From NCBI RefSeq assembly GCF_009834535.1, contig NC_045697.1:65288001-65352000 (forward strand): a stretch of DNA of 64,000 nucleotides. The letters are read 5' to 3'. This document shows, in pieces, positions 41,392-55,947 of the stretch; the stretch's first letter is position 1; the number at the start of each line of letters is the position of its first letter. Both the position numbers and the translations under genes were made by a program. A model generated the notes under the pieces. It had not been told where the DNA came from. It did no database searches and saw only the letters and a list, made by a program, of their open reading frames with translations. Source of the DNA: Camelus ferus (taxonomy: Eukaryota).

Positions 41392-41445
41392 GTTGTGGAG
41401 ACGAATTTGGTTGCTTTTGACTGTCACTGGATCATTATAAATGAG
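41392..41445 (+). CDS. GRID2: GRID2 coding exon (probably exon 5), 54 bp, amino-terminal domain
   Basis: Translates to VVETNLVAFDCHWIIINE. It is preceded by a branch-point-like TACTGAC (41358-41364), a polypyrimidine tract and ttccag, and followed by donor GAG|gtaaac. It joins in frame to the next exon. Confidence 0.95.
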
Positions 41446-42234
41446 GTAAACTAAACTAAACCTTGCTGTTAACTCAGGGTCCTGTTTTCATATGTATCGT
41501 CACAGCATTCCTAGGGCCTTGAATTTCTACCAAGAGACAGAACACAAAGTAAACTTTCAGCTTACTGAGTGGATGCTGTTAGATAAAAATAGAATAAGGA
41601 GTTTTTTTTTTTTTAATTATAAAGGACTTTGCATGAATGAAATACATGGAGAACGTATTCCCCACTGAACATCTTTTAGCCTTTTCCGTTGGCACACACT
41701 GCCTACTTCGGGAGATCATCTTTATGAAAAGTACACTCTTCTTTGTCAGCACAGTGAATTCCTCCCAGTGGAGTGCTTATGTTCCATTTATATTTTACTG
41801 TTGTTTCTAGAACTTTTATATCCACCCCCCTTTACACAAAGATTAAATAGTTCAGCACATGAATATGAATAAACAAGAGCAGATTGTTTTTCTTTTCATA
41901 AAGCAATACTATTGTTTTAAAATTCACCCACTTGTCAAATCCCTTGTGAAAGTTTTTTGAATTTTCTAAGGACCATACATAAGATAAAAATACACTATTA
42001 CAATATGAGAGCCCTCTGAAACAAATTATTCTATTAGCACCTGCCAGTCAGAATTGGAGAGGACAGTGAGAGGTCAGTCAGGGATAAATAATGAGATCAT
42101 GTGAATCTGTTCTCAACGAGACCTAGGATTCAACGTTAACTATCACTTATGAATAAAAATTATGTATTATTTATCAATAGATACTAAATATTGAATGATT
42201 GAATAACAAGTTTTGTCTCAGGAACAAAACAGCA

Positions 42235-42455
42235 TTTTGGGCAAGAGTACTGGTTTTGCAATTAGCCAGATCGGCTCCATCCTGGCTATACAACTGGTTA
42301 GCCGTGTTACTATGGAAATATAGTATAATCATCCTGTGCCTCAGATTGCTTTGTTTGTATGCATAGTAACATTTACTTTACAAGTTCATGATAAAAATTA
42401 AGTGAAGTATTATCCAGTATCCGTAACACAGTCCTGACAAAAGACAATAAATAGT
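42235..42455 (+). mobile_element. MIR SINE (degraded)
   Basis: ccatcctggct..gccgtgttactatgg..cctgtgcctcag..acacagtcctgaca..caataaatag. Confidence 0.55.
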
Positions 42456-45400
42456 GCTGCAGTAATGAGAAGAGCACGGTGAAGTTCACAGATCACTTTC
42501 TCACACATTATTTTGTTGAACGCTAAATATTATTATGAAGTAATGAGGGAGTCAGGGCCATGGAAAGCATATGATTTGTCTCTTCTTACACAGAAAAGTA
42601 AAACCGGTTCTCAGTTCAAGTGGTTTCTCCTGCACCACACGTCACTGATGGAGTTTTAGCTCCCTTGTTGGCTCTTTTTCACTCAGTTTAAAGGCACTGG
42701 AGACATCTTACAAATCTGTTGTTGGTCTGCCAAACTTTAGGTCTACATGATTTGTCAGTGAATTTCTTATGTCAAATTAGGATGTGTTTTTCTGAGATCC
42801 CCACAGATAATGTGTGTATGTGAGATCTGCTTTTCAATAAAGTTTTTAATAACTTTAATGTTCTAATACCACTCAAGTTTCCGTCTCGAATGACTAGATA
42901 TCAAGATAGAGTAAAAGGAAAAGGGAAACTTAACAAACCTTCATAATAACTTTTCAAATGAGGTATTTTCATTTCTATTTTTCTGCAAGGAATCTAAGGT
43001 TCAAATAAATTAAACAGTTTGCCAAAATTTACACAACTATGAAGAGGTGATAATGGAATGTAAAACCTTTTAGTCCTTTCCAGCCTAAAGCTTTGATTGT
43101 TCTTACTTCATTTTCTTTTGCTTCGATAATTTTCCTTACAGATTATATTTTTGAAATTTCTGCTACCTAAATTTCAATCTTAGAGGATCCATATCTTGTT
43201 ACTTTTTGTCTTTAGCTTATTATTTTCTAGGCTACTATTTTTTGGAGTAGAGACTCCTCATAATTCCTGTTTTTGTCTCACCTTGCTTTTATTCCCCACC
43301 TACTGACGGCAGTGGATAGACCACACAGGCTTTTCTGTTGTAAAACAAGTTGGAGCCATTTTACTTGTTTGCATCAGTAGAGCTGACTAGGGGAAAAAAG
43401 TGATTTCTTGCCTCCTTAGAGACATGGATTAATCAAGCCTATTAATACCTATAATGTATAAATGGAAATGCCCATTCCTTTCTATTCTTTGGCAAGATTG
43501 CAGAAGGGACCCCTGAATTAACTTTTTTCCATATTCAATTTAACTTCTAGCACTATACCTGAATATTAAAAGTATGAACCCAGGTAAAGAGAGCTTTCCA
43601 GAATACCAGTGGCCGTCTGTCTAACGCTTATTTGTCAGTTTGTACTGTGGAAGAAATCGCTTCTTCATATTATAAAGAGGAAATCTGACTGAGTAAACTA
43701 TCATGTGTTTCATTGATGATGATTATCTTGGAAAGAATAATACAGTTATATTTTAATATATATTTAATAAATATTATAACTCCTTTTGTTGAACTTATTA
43801 AATTTTATTTCATAAAATATTAGAAGGGCGAATGATGTCTCCAAATGGACATTCCATAATTTGGGCCACCATTTTGCAAAGAAAACATCCACACAAACAA
43901 AGCAATCTAACCAGCAAATAACTCAATAAATGCTAGAAGTGTAGAAGACAGTATAGAAGACCTCAGTTCTTTTCTCCCCTTCACACTTGGGTTTTCTACT
44001 GTAAACTGTCATAACTATAACTTCACTTTACCATTACTGGAACTCTTATCTCTGTTTTACTCACAGCCCTCCTTGCTAGTCCTTGAGCAGAGATGTCGTT
44101 TTAGCAAGATGGCAAGTCAGTACTACTTAACCTTTGAAAAATTTGATGTTCACAGCACACACTGTTTACCTTGGTCATTATATTTTCTAAGCTAGGTTAC
44201 AACTCAGAGATCAAGCATATTTTCTGTATTTTCATCCCGAACAAAGACCATCCTTCAATATATCTGTGGTCAGCACCCATTCTTCCATGTGATTCCATTC
44301 AATCACCTCATTCTCTCCAAAGGAAACTTGAGTCTCACTACCTTTATTTCACTTTCAGTCCTGGTTATAATGGATGAATCATAATTTACCCTAGTCTCCA
44401 TAAAAGAAGAAACAAGGATTTCTCAAATTTGCTAGGAAGATAGAGTCTAAAAGGATCAACAACCACAAAACCCAACAACATGCAGATGCCCATTTTGACT
44501 GAACATGGGAATCACGAATGTGTCTAGTTTGGTTTGTGTAGCTACTATTTTGTTGCTAATTTTAAAATGGCTTGCAAACATTTATTTAATCTTATTGCAC
44601 CAACAGTTTCTCAAAGAGAAACTATAAATCAAAGTTGGCATTGTGCATCATGATACAAATTGATGTTGAAACTTGAAAACAATGTATTTTTTTCATTTGC
44701 ATCAAGTGTGCTATAATAATGAGAGTCCGTGCTAGCTCATATGGTGTAATCAATCATCTGTTAGTAGTTGGTAATGGTATTTATCTTCTCCCTGCAATCA
44801 GTGGCTGAAGCACAGAACAGCCTTTCCACATAAGTACTGTCATCCCTTCAGGGTCCTGAAGCAGATGGCCTAGCACTTTATTTAAGTTTTACAAAAGTTA
44901 GACATTCAGATAGGAAGCTATGCACTGTTTAGCATAATGCTATGCGCACCCTTCTATTAGCTGTTGATACTCAGCCTGACCTTTGGTGTCCTGACTTCTT
45001 ATTTAAATAGTTTAAGCCATTATTTTCTGTTAATCACTACTGAATTGTGCCGTTAAGGAGAAGTTCTTATTGTTCTTTTGAGATTTGAAAAGCCTAAGTG
45101 TGTAATGAATATGTCAAGCAGAAAGCTGCCATTCTGCTCCTCTTCCTGTTCTTACAGTCTACAGCTGGTGTTGTTTCACATTTCATAATATTTGTATAAG
45201 TTATTTCGCATTAACATTAAACTTGATGGAAGCATCAAAGGGTCATCTTTGCAATAACATGAAGAATATAAACGTATCAGCAAAACAATACCAACGAAAA
45301 GCATAATCTTTTTAAATGACACCACATAGTACACTGCTTAATATCATTACTAAAATTTGCTTTATTTAGAATAGATCACATTATTAAATCATCCCAGTGC

Positions 45401-48400
45401 CTGTACTTACAGTTGTAGGCATCTGTCTTTAGAAGGTGGTTGGGTAAAGTCTTCATTTTTTTTTTTTTATCATTCATTTGTTTTTTAAATTTATCAGTAT
45501 TTAATAAGTATCTACTAGGAGCCAAGAACTTTGTAACATTTTAAGAAATAAAAGAACAGGAAAAGGAGGAAGGGGCCCCTTCTCTGAAATAGTTTATATA
45601 GTAGAGATTGGCATCTGATCTAATGGATTTTGAGAGTCTTTCCTTCACCAGAAGTCTATTAACTTAAGCCTAAAGCTGATACCCTACAAGGATTCAGGAG
45701 TGATCCAGTTTTCCTAAAAGATTTGTTCTGGGAAGTGGCTGTTTCTGGATGGAGTTGTATCCCTACCAAATATTTTAGCTTTCCTCTTTCTTGTCTCTTA
45801 CACAGTTCAGAGTCCATCCTACATTAAATTGGCACAGCAAAGTGAACAAGAATCTTCTCTTGGATTTATTGACTTGATTCTTAATAATTTTTGATTATCC
45901 ATGTAAATTATTTTGGGGGAAAAAGACTGTATGCCTTGCTCCTAAAGAAGAAAAATTGAGAAAAGTTAGGTACACTAAAATGTATTTGTTTATTTGTATT
46001 GCACTGTTAGTTCTTATTTCATAAATACACTTAGTCAAAAAATAACACAAAAAAGAAAAATAATTTTATAATTTAGCGTCTTTAAATTCTTTCAAATAAA
46101 GGAAATGTGTATGTCTTTATAGAGATGAGCACATTTGGGTAGTATGGGCTGTTTGAGAGAGTGAGTGGCAAACTAGTTCTTCACATGGTTATTTTAAAAA
46201 ATCAGATGGTTTAAACATTTTTAAAGTTCAGAGCATTAGAACAGTATAGATTCCAGTAGATTATACAGTAGTTCCATGTTTTAATACAGAAGTTTACTTA
46301 CGGATTTCTTTTTCATTTAAAATATCTCTTGATAGATTAAGGATTCCCTTGGCTTTTAGTGTTTATATAACATTGCATCTGCTACTCTTGAAATGCACCT
46401 TTTGAAAATGCAGTTCTGTAAATATAAAGCAGCTGCCTAATCAAGTTTTCATATCACTATCAAACTATTTTTGAGATCAGGTGTCAAAACTAAGACTGCA
46501 AGTGAATTTTTTGTGACAGACTGTCTGTTAACTTCATTCAGAATGGCAGATTCTTTCCTCCCAGAAAATTACTTTCTTTTTCCTTTCCCAAATAATAATA
46601 GGCAAAATATACTCAATTCAAATTGACATTTTCTCAGATATAGTCGCTTAGACACCTGAGAACTTCAGCTTTTAGAACCTGTAAAAGTTAACCATCTCCT
46701 TTTGTGGGTTTAAAAATAGTCCTCTTAAAGACTTTAGCTCATGATAGATGACTTTATCATTCCTTGTAGAGTCATCAGGCTATTAAATGCTGGAATAATA
46801 TATCTTTAGAGTTTTAATTCCTACCATTCATGAATATTAATCTAAATAATTCCTGTAAGTAAAAATGGATTTCTTGTATAATTATTTCAGAAATGTCTCT
46901 TGTGATGACATTTATGAATTCATACTATGAATAGAGAATATTTTGAATGAAGAGCTTGGAATCTCCTGTTTATTTATCAGTGAGAATAACAGTATCTGAA
47001 TCAGAATGTAATTTTTAGCAGTAAATAAGATAATAGGTTATGTACTTAGCATTTTGCTTAATATATAGTAAGGACTTAATAAATGTAAGTTTTTGTTCTA
47101 ATATTCTGATTTGTAGTTCACCATGAGTGGAACATGTAGAAATGATGCTGTTTGACAAAATGTTGATAAATCTACTGCTAAAGAAAAAAAGACCACGTAT
47201 AAAACACAACTTAGTCAAGGTTATGAGAAAAGTTAGTTTTTTCATTGTCCTTTTAAATGAAAATTCCTGTCTGCACAATATGAAATTTTTTTAAATGTAA
47301 AGATAATTGAATAGCAATATTAATTAACTTTTAAAGTTTTCTGGTTAAAGTTCAGGCTTAAAATGGAGTTGACAGAACACTAATTTTACTCTGAGTAGAT
47401 GACAGAGAATTAAAAAGTGACCTGCTTTTTGCCAGGCAGAAATTTTGGTGGCCAGTGAAATGACACACACTAAAGGAAAAAGACGGCATTTTAAACTGAG
47501 GAAAATCATTTTTTATGGTACATTAAGGATTAATCGACCGGAAATCCAGGATATTACACTAGATATAGCTGATGGCAGGTGTTATTTTATTTTCAGAAAA
47601 ATCTGTATTTCATAAAGATCATAAGTAAAGGATGAATTTTAAAGCCACTATGTGCTATAAGAAAGAATAATATGTGATTAGCTTAGTAAGGAAATGAAGA
47701 AAATATACACTTGTAAATCATCTCTTTCTCTTCCATTATTCTAAGTCTTTGAAACAAAACTGAGAAATGGCTCACTCCAGTCCAAAATGTCTCTTGTGTC
47801 AAATCTTTTATTTCTGTTGCCATAAGAATCTATCGAAACCAATGATATATTAATTGTAAAGACTTCATTGGTTTAAAAGGTTCCAAATGGGCACTTTGAA
47901 GCACAAACGGCCTAAGTAAAAGACTGCATTAAAATTAAATTTATTCTGATCACTTCTATTCTGACAAATTCCAATTAGAACAATGTTCAATTAGAACAGG
48001 TGTATGTTGTAAAAATAATATTTTATTTTTATTACTTCTACATTTATGATTGAGTCAAATCCTAAAATTTAAGTCTGGAGTTAGGAGTTGGTGGGGAAAA
48101 GGAAATAGAAATTGCTTTTCCTTGAGTTTCACAAATGCTCACATGCAAAATAGTATTGGTTTGTATAAAGAGCACTGGAGCTCACACTATATTAATCAAC
48201 ATAATTTTCCATCGTTATGTTAAGACCACAATTATATACTCAGTTAATTATTCAACAGTTAGTGAGCACTTTATCTGTTCCTTACCAAGAGAAATGTATG
48301 AATTAACATCAATAGTTCAAAGAAATCATTAGGAAAAGTCTTTTTGAAAATAACATCTCCTCTTTGTCTCTCTACCTATCTTATTTAAGAACCCAATTTT

Positions 48401-48830
48401 TCATTGCTAAGAACGATATATATTACTCTTACATTGCAACTGTCTTCCTAGGTACTCAAGGTACTTTGAAATCCATTAACGAATAATTAAGCATAAAAGC
48501 AACCTACTTTCTGACTTTTCCCAATGTTTATACAACACATTTTTTTCTGAAGTTTTCAATATACTATAAACTTATTATTGATAAAGTATATTTAAGTCAA
48601 TTGCTGTGTTTCAAATTATTTAAGTATTAATTAATTATATACATAATGTATATAATTTGAAGTACAGACAGCAACTACAAATGAGTTGATTATTTTAATG
48701 AATGTGTGTTGTTGTTTTCATTTGGATGTGAGCTAAGCATTAAACAAATGTATTACAGTAACAGGATCCCTTAGCATTTCCAGATAACAACTCATTGATA
48801 GTTTTGTGTTTCTGTTACTGTATTAAATAA

Positions 48831-49148
<318 letters not shown>

Positions 49149-49234
49149 TGAACTCGTCTCTGCTAGCAATTTCATAAATCTGATGGAGAGAGCACTAAGA
49201 ATCCATCTTTGATCGGTCTGACCTCATTACAGCG

Positions 49235-49283
49235 AAATATATCCTTGTTTAATAAAAATATATCCTTGTTTAATAAAAATATA
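49235..49283. repeat. Perfect 21-bp tandem duplication (2.3 copies)
   Basis: aaatatatccttgtttaataa twice, followed by aaatata. Confidence 0.93.
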
Positions 49284-51599
49284 ATAAGTAAAGGTTATTT
49301 TCTTTTCAGCAAGTAGATTGATAACATTTCTCATGGTAGAATTTGTGATTAATACTCTTTAATGCCAAACTCCAAAGCATTAAGCTAATAAATATGTTTG
49401 ACTTTTCTGGCTTAACAAGGACATAGAAGTTTTTTTTTTTTCTTTTAAAGATTAATTTCTGGTTTGAAGAGCTGCACCAAAAAAAAAAAAAAAAAAAACA
49501 ACTTAGAAGTCCAAAAACTGCTGTAGTGCTATAAACTCAGATGAGATGTAGCTGAAACCTTTGCTATTCAGAATACAACAAAGAATTTGAAAGTAAATGA
49601 ATACAATCTCTGAGCAGCAAAATAAAATCCACCAAGTCCTTACAGCTTGCTCATAAAAATTCCCTTTTAATATTCATCTGGAGCCTATTTCTTTTTCTTA
49701 AGGAAAATCCTATCAGGATCTTTTTTTGTTTTATTTCTCTTTGCACTGGATATCTCAGTATGTCAGTTTGAAGGAGATATAACAAAGGTAGGCACATGGA
49801 CAAGAATTGAGCTCCATAAGAAGTGCTCTTTAGATAGGCAAGAGACAAGAAAGAAGAAATCAAACAAATACACTAGTTCAAATATCCCATCAAAAGAGAG
49901 ATTTCCCTGTAAAACAGCTCTACATCATAAAACAGTTCCTAAGGGTATCACTGTAGTATGTTGCCAGCATGTTAGTTAATATTTAAACAGTAAACCTACA
50001 ATATCAACAAAGATGAAAGTCATGGTCAATTTCAAAAGTGAAAAGAAATGTATGATATATTTTAGAAACCTATTTCTTCAAAACATTCAATATCGAAAAC
50101 ATTTTAGTTCTCAGAGATGTTCAGTGTGAAAAAATAATCCTAGGAGAAATAGTTCATTCCCAATGATACTAAATAGAAGAGTTGATTTTGCAGACTTCCT
50201 GAACGATGACTCCACAGCTTCCCTATCTTTAGTCAGCTTTGAATTTTTTAGATAAATTACCATTTATCCAGCTTTTTCTTCATACTTATTACCATTGTAA
50301 TGAGCAGTGTATATTTATCAGGCATCTGGCTCCAGGATTATTGCCCATAGAACTTTCCTGCTAGATTTTAAGCTCATTTAGAATAAGTTCCCTCCAGGAC
50401 AAGGCATCATAAAATCACATAAAGTACTCACCTATCTCTCTTTCCCCCATCATACCCACCTCTGTAAATATCTGTAGGTTTGAATGTAATTAGGGAGAAG
50501 GCAATGGTCTAAGTAAGCCACTCTGAAGCATAAATAAGGTTAACATTTTATGCTTCTAATGACCCATCTTTTCATATTAATTGCTCATGAGTGTAATTGA
50601 TGTGGAAATGATTGAATTTTAAATGGAGAAAAATGTGAAAGAACTTTGATTTAGAAAATTATGAGGTGTTAAAAGGCTGCTTCTATCAAAAGAGATAGCA
50701 GGAAATGTACAGATGGGTAAAGCAGAAAGTCACTACACAGTATTTTAAAGCATATTCGCCTAACTGCACAGTCCTGGTTCGATTAATGAGTTCCTCGAAA
50801 TCAGGGAACAAATATTTTGTTTGTCTTTATATTCGCAGGCCTATCTGATGAATTCAGGATGGGCTGGAAGCACCACTCCTACCATCTTCATTACTCCTCT
50901 CAAACCCAGATAGAAGAAAATAGGACAGTGACTTTTTCTTTGAGTATTTATTACATATGTATTTCCCTATTATATGTAATAGAATTTGACTAAATGTTTA
51001 ATATGTAAAAGGAAAACTGATAGAAACTTTTATATGTGAAGATTTATACAATGAAGAGTCTAAATGCAGGGCTCTTGAATTTAAAATATTCCACTAAAAG
51101 CAGAGCATTTGTTATAGAGGTTTACCTTGGTGAATATTTTATCTCATTGAAGTTAAAAAAAAAAAAAAACTAGGAAAATACTTACTGAAATTTGAGAGTA
51201 GGGCATTCCCTAGAAGAATTAACCCTTACAACTTGGAGCCCGTAAAAGCGATGCAAATAAAAATGATCAGACATATCTTATCACCAGGGTACAATTGAAA
51301 AAAAAACAACTCAGAAAAAAAGATGTATGAAAATATGACTTGAGTGAGCTCTAAAAGTAGAAACCCAACTATAAAATCACAATAATCAATACAACAGAGG
51401 AGAAGCAGGTACAGTGAGCCCACGTAGCAATCTCTGGGCTGTTACGTATTTCAGTGTACATAGAAAGGGAAGTAAGCTTTAGAAAGAACAAAAATGAGTT
51501 CCCCCAATCTTTAAGTTAGTGCCAGGAAGACTAAAATTCAGGGTTAGCTGAAGTTGCAAAATAAATGTTAAAGACACCTTTTAGATAGAAACAGAGTTT

Positions 51600-53050
51600 T
51601 TAGCAACATATGAAGCAAGAAGGAAGTGGCCACTTACTGCTTGGTTAATGTTAGCTTGGCTGTTAATGGAGAGAAAATAGAAACGTTCACATCTTTTTGC
51701 TTCTGTTTTCTCCACTGAGGAAAAAATGTCTTCAGACTGGAAATATTAGAATATGTCATTAAAAGTAAACCACTGGTTTAGGAGCAGGGGTTTGGTGGTG
51801 GTCAGAGTATGCCTTACTGCTCTAAAATGAGGCCTGAAAAATAATCGCCCGGAGCAGTAAATAAGCCAGTAGGTATGATCACAATATTATAATTTAAGAA
51901 TACTAGAGAAATACTTGGGAGGAAGACCGGAGTGCAAGACATTGGTATAGTGTCCCAGTTTTCAAAAGGAAGGAAAAAAGATTCTGACAACCAGAGTTTA
52001 ACACACTAAAATTAATATTTGGATAAAGTGTAGAATATGTTATTAAATATATGGTTTGGGGAACTTCAAATAAGATAATAGAACTTCCTAAGTGCAAGCA
52101 CTTTCAAACCAAGTCCTACTTAATAATTTTCTAGATAGAGAGGATGTCATAAATCGATTTATTGTATTTTGATTTTTATGTAGTGTTTGACAAATTTTCT
52201 TATGAAATCCTCATGAGAGGACATTAAAAAGTCTAAATAAATTGATGTCATGTCATTCGAATAGTTTCCCCAAAGGACTCCTAAGAACAGAAGATGGTTA
52301 ACACTCTGGCTTCAGATTTAAAAAAATTTTTTAAATATATTAAAGTCTCATTATTATATGAGACTTTGTTAGACTATATTAGAAGAATGTATTCTGTAGT
52401 TTGAGTTCTTCTACACTTACCACCAGGGTTTCCCTTACCTTCAGTTTGAGATGTATGGAGCGAGAATATTCAGATCACATTGATAAATATTCTGCTTTTG
52501 AAGTGGTCCTCCACAAAGTTTCTGTCCTTGGACCTAATATTTCCAAAATGTTTAAATCACACAAATGAAAATGAATGAAGTGTACCTCTCAGATTTGTAA
52601 GTGCCCAGGAGAAAATGCTTACATTGTGTTACATAATCAAGATTCAGATTGTTACTATTTGCTAACAATATGCCTGTAAGTTGAAATATCACAAAGATAA
52701 AGTAAGGTTCAAAATCAATTACGGGAAGTCTAGATAGATGAGACCTGGTCTGATAGCTTTTCAAGGCCGTTAAGATGAAGGCAGATTTGGCTTGAGCATA
52801 GCAGAAGTCGTTATTTCCTCCAAACCATTCTAATGTAATTTTGGTCTCTATGTCAGAAGCATTTTACTAAGATCAAGAGAGAGCAACTTATACTGCTCTC
52901 TCCTAGTTAGCTCACATCTGCAATAGTGTGTCAGTTCCAATAGAAACACTGAATAGAAACACTGAAAAATAAGAGAAGGACAGAGAAAAAACACTGATAT
53001 GGTGAACAGCCTAGAAATTATACTGGATGATAAACAACTGAAGAAAAGAT
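51600..53050 (+). mobile_element. Ancient CR1/L3 LINE ORF2 remnant
   Basis: Collinear degenerate RT motifs: VPVFKRKEK (about 51952, cf. VPIFKKG), YFDFYVVFDK (about 52165, cf. YLDFSKAFD), SVLGP (about 52521), FANN (about 52658, cf. FADD), and tagttagctcacatctgcaatagtgtgtcagttc (cf. LVRPHLEYCVQF). Confidence 0.65.
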
Positions 53051-53739
53051 GATGTTTCAGGGCAGGTCATAGGAGGTGTCAAGTAGAGGTTGCACATAGA
53101 AGAGGTTGGTGCTGATGGTTCAGTGAAGGCAGAGAACAAGTGTAGTAACAGTAAGGTAGAGAGAAAGGGTTGGTCAAATGATGGGATACTGGAGTTTAAT
53201 AAGATGTTAAAGGACTTGTGCATTTGTGTCCAGTAAATGATCATTAGTGTTGCTTGTGGCCTGAGTAGAAGTGAAGATCTTCTGTGTAAGATCTTTCATA
53301 CAAGGAGACAGTTTGGGATCACTGTGAAGGAGAAGTCATGAATAAAGGGTGACCAAGAGGTCAGTAGATGATGGCAGAAAGGGGCTGTAATGCGTGGCAT
53401 AGAAGAAAGCATGAACTTCAAAAGAGAATAGGCAGTTGCCTGAGAAAGAAGTAAAACAAGGGGTAACAGCTAGCTCAGAGAAGGTCATCAACCACCTTTT
53501 TGATCCTGCAGTTCGGGATGTGGGCAAATAAGAAGGGGCAGTCATTTGTTGAAAACACCTGTCACATACTGAGTACAAAGCACTCACCTTTAAGACCAGC
53601 TTGGATGCTAAAGTATGTGCCTCAAGGTGTGAGGAAAAGACTGTGCCCCAGGAAGTGTCAGGTTTGGGTGGAACCCAGTTACCAGGTTTCTCCCATCTGA
53701 TGTTAAACTTGACTTTCTTTTCTTTGACTTCTTTGCCTT

Positions 53740-54230
53740 AACATCTCTTTATCAAAAACCAAATATGTGCTAGGCTCTAGGCTAAGTCAAGAGGAAATAA
53801 AAAAGTAACAAAGATGGGGAAAGTATGTACAATTTGAGCCCCCATCCAGAAGGGACTCATATTCTAGTGTGAAAAGCAGATTTAAACAAAGTCTTAGCAT
53901 CATGATATGCTTCAACAGACCTAAGCACTGAGCATTATGGAGATAAAAAGAGGACTGCCCACTTAGCCTGGGAGGAGGGAGAATCCTGAGATGTTTTCAG
54001 GGTAGGATTCACCCAGCTTGTGTTCTATGAAGTGAGGATTGGAGGATATTGACCTTTGGAGAAAGATAAGAGACATCAAAGGATGCTCCCACAACTGTCT
54101 CACCTGCATACTTAAAGCAGTCAGCCAAAGGAAGAAACAAAATAAAGCTGGAGAGATAAGAACAAGCAAGTCAGAGGCGGTGGGGCCAGGAGAGGTTAGG
54201 AAAGGCCAGGTTATTGTTGATTATTGAGAA
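53740..54230 (-). mobile_element. L2 fragment(s)
   Basis: tatgtgctaggctctaggctaag..gggactcatattctagtg..gagcattatggaga.. follows the antisense L2 3' pattern. Confidence 0.55.
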
Positions 54231-55785
54231 ACCATCAAAAAATCTGCCCTGGGTTTTGGGGTATAGCCCACTCATGCTGCACATTTCTTCTAGGCTTACT
54301 TTTTGGGTCTTCACAGTCTAATTCAGATGAAGTTTGATTCATCAGCTGCTTTTAACTTCAAGTCTCCCTCTTCAATCATTGCCAATTGCAGCCGACCCCC
54401 TAATCAAGTAATTATCTGGCGAGGGAGGGGCAGGGGAGTGAAAGTGACCATAGCTTTCCCTGATAGTTCCTTATGAAGAACAAACTGGTATTTCTCGTAG
54501 TGCATACGAGTGTTCAGCTTCTCCTTAAAGGAAGGTCTACAAACACAAATGATTAAAGACTTACCTAGTTATGAAAGAAAACTCCCAAGGCACTGTTAGG
54601 AAGTGCTTCTTAACACTTGTTCTTACGTTAAACTCTCATCATCCTAACAGTCGAAGCATAGTACTGTGCTGGGATATGGACGGAACATTTCATAAGATTC
54701 CTTCATGATTAATTATAAGCAAAGGGCAATCAAAATACTTTTCTCTTTATTTTTAGGAAAAACTGTGGTAACAAGGCACTTTTAAAAATCTGAGAAAATT
54801 TAAATCTTGAAGATGGATTTGCTTTTCATAGCTGGGTTGATATCTCATTTTTTATTTTATATTGCATTTTTCCTTCAGAGAGGAAATAATGTAACTTTCA
54901 ATCACTTTTTTTGACCTTGGATATCTCTTGGTGTTTACATTTTTTAAATATTATTTCTAATTTTTTGAAAAATAAACACCATTGGTAATTAACCGTAAGG
55001 ATAGTGGTTCTGGCAAAAGTTATGTGTAAGAGTGCAATAGAGCTTATCAAACATTTCTATAATTCATTTTAAAATCTATATAGAAAGAAGAACATGATTG
55101 TCTTAGAAGAAGAAAGTGTTAGTATAAACACACATTCACAGACACTTAATTGTTGATGTATTTGTCATGTTAATGAACTGCAATGTGTGTGAATACCTAT
55201 ACAATTTTGTACAGATCCTTGACCATTATAGAGTTAAGGAATAGTGCTGTTTCCTCTCATTTTTAATTTACTGAATCTCCATAGACACAAACTTATACAC
55301 AGATGGCTGCTTCCCTTTTTTTTGCACCTATGACACTCATCTTTTATGTAAGATCAAGTTGATATTTCTCCATCTGAATAACCAGAATGCAAAAACTTGA
55401 CATATTCAGAAAATGTATTATTCAGTTTGTCCTTCCAATCTTAAGCCCTCAGATCCTTACCGCCTTGGAAAGAAATAAGGACCAGTGATTTTCTAAGGTC
55501 TGACACTAACTAACAGCCTTGCCACTGTAGAAGCTTCTCTTTTTTTTATCTTCTCTTTTACACCTAAATAAGCTGAAAAAGCAATTGAGGCATACAATCA
55601 GACAAGACTTCATTCTCAGTGGCAAAATTGCCCAGGAAATGAAGAAAGAAACTTTCTGCTTAATAAATAACCTGGGAAACCAGCCGTCTATGACATGAAC
55701 AGAAGCAGCTAAGCTGACGATTTTCTTGTCATTCTTGATGGTTGGCATCAGTAGTTCTCATGATTACTGTCTAATATCTTTTCAG

Positions 55786-55947
55786 ATTTCAAACCTTTAC
55801 ATATATGACACAGTGCTTCTGCTTGCTAATGCTTTTCACAAGAAGCTGGAGGACCGGAAGTGGCACAGCATGGCCAGCTTGTCATGTATCAGGAAGAACT
55901 CCAAGCCCTGGCAGGGCGGGCGCTCCATGCTGGAGACCATCAAGAAG
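55786..55947 (+). CDS. GRID2: GRID2 coding exon (probably exon 7), 162 bp
   Basis: Translates to [54 protein letters not shown], contained in ORF 55726..56091. Acceptor is ttttcag and donor is AAG|gtatct. Confidence 0.97.

Noticed and set aside
52939..52966. 13-bp tandem duplication (aatagaaacactg x2), and similar ones near 9166 and 6210
   Set aside because: Ordinary slippage duplications.
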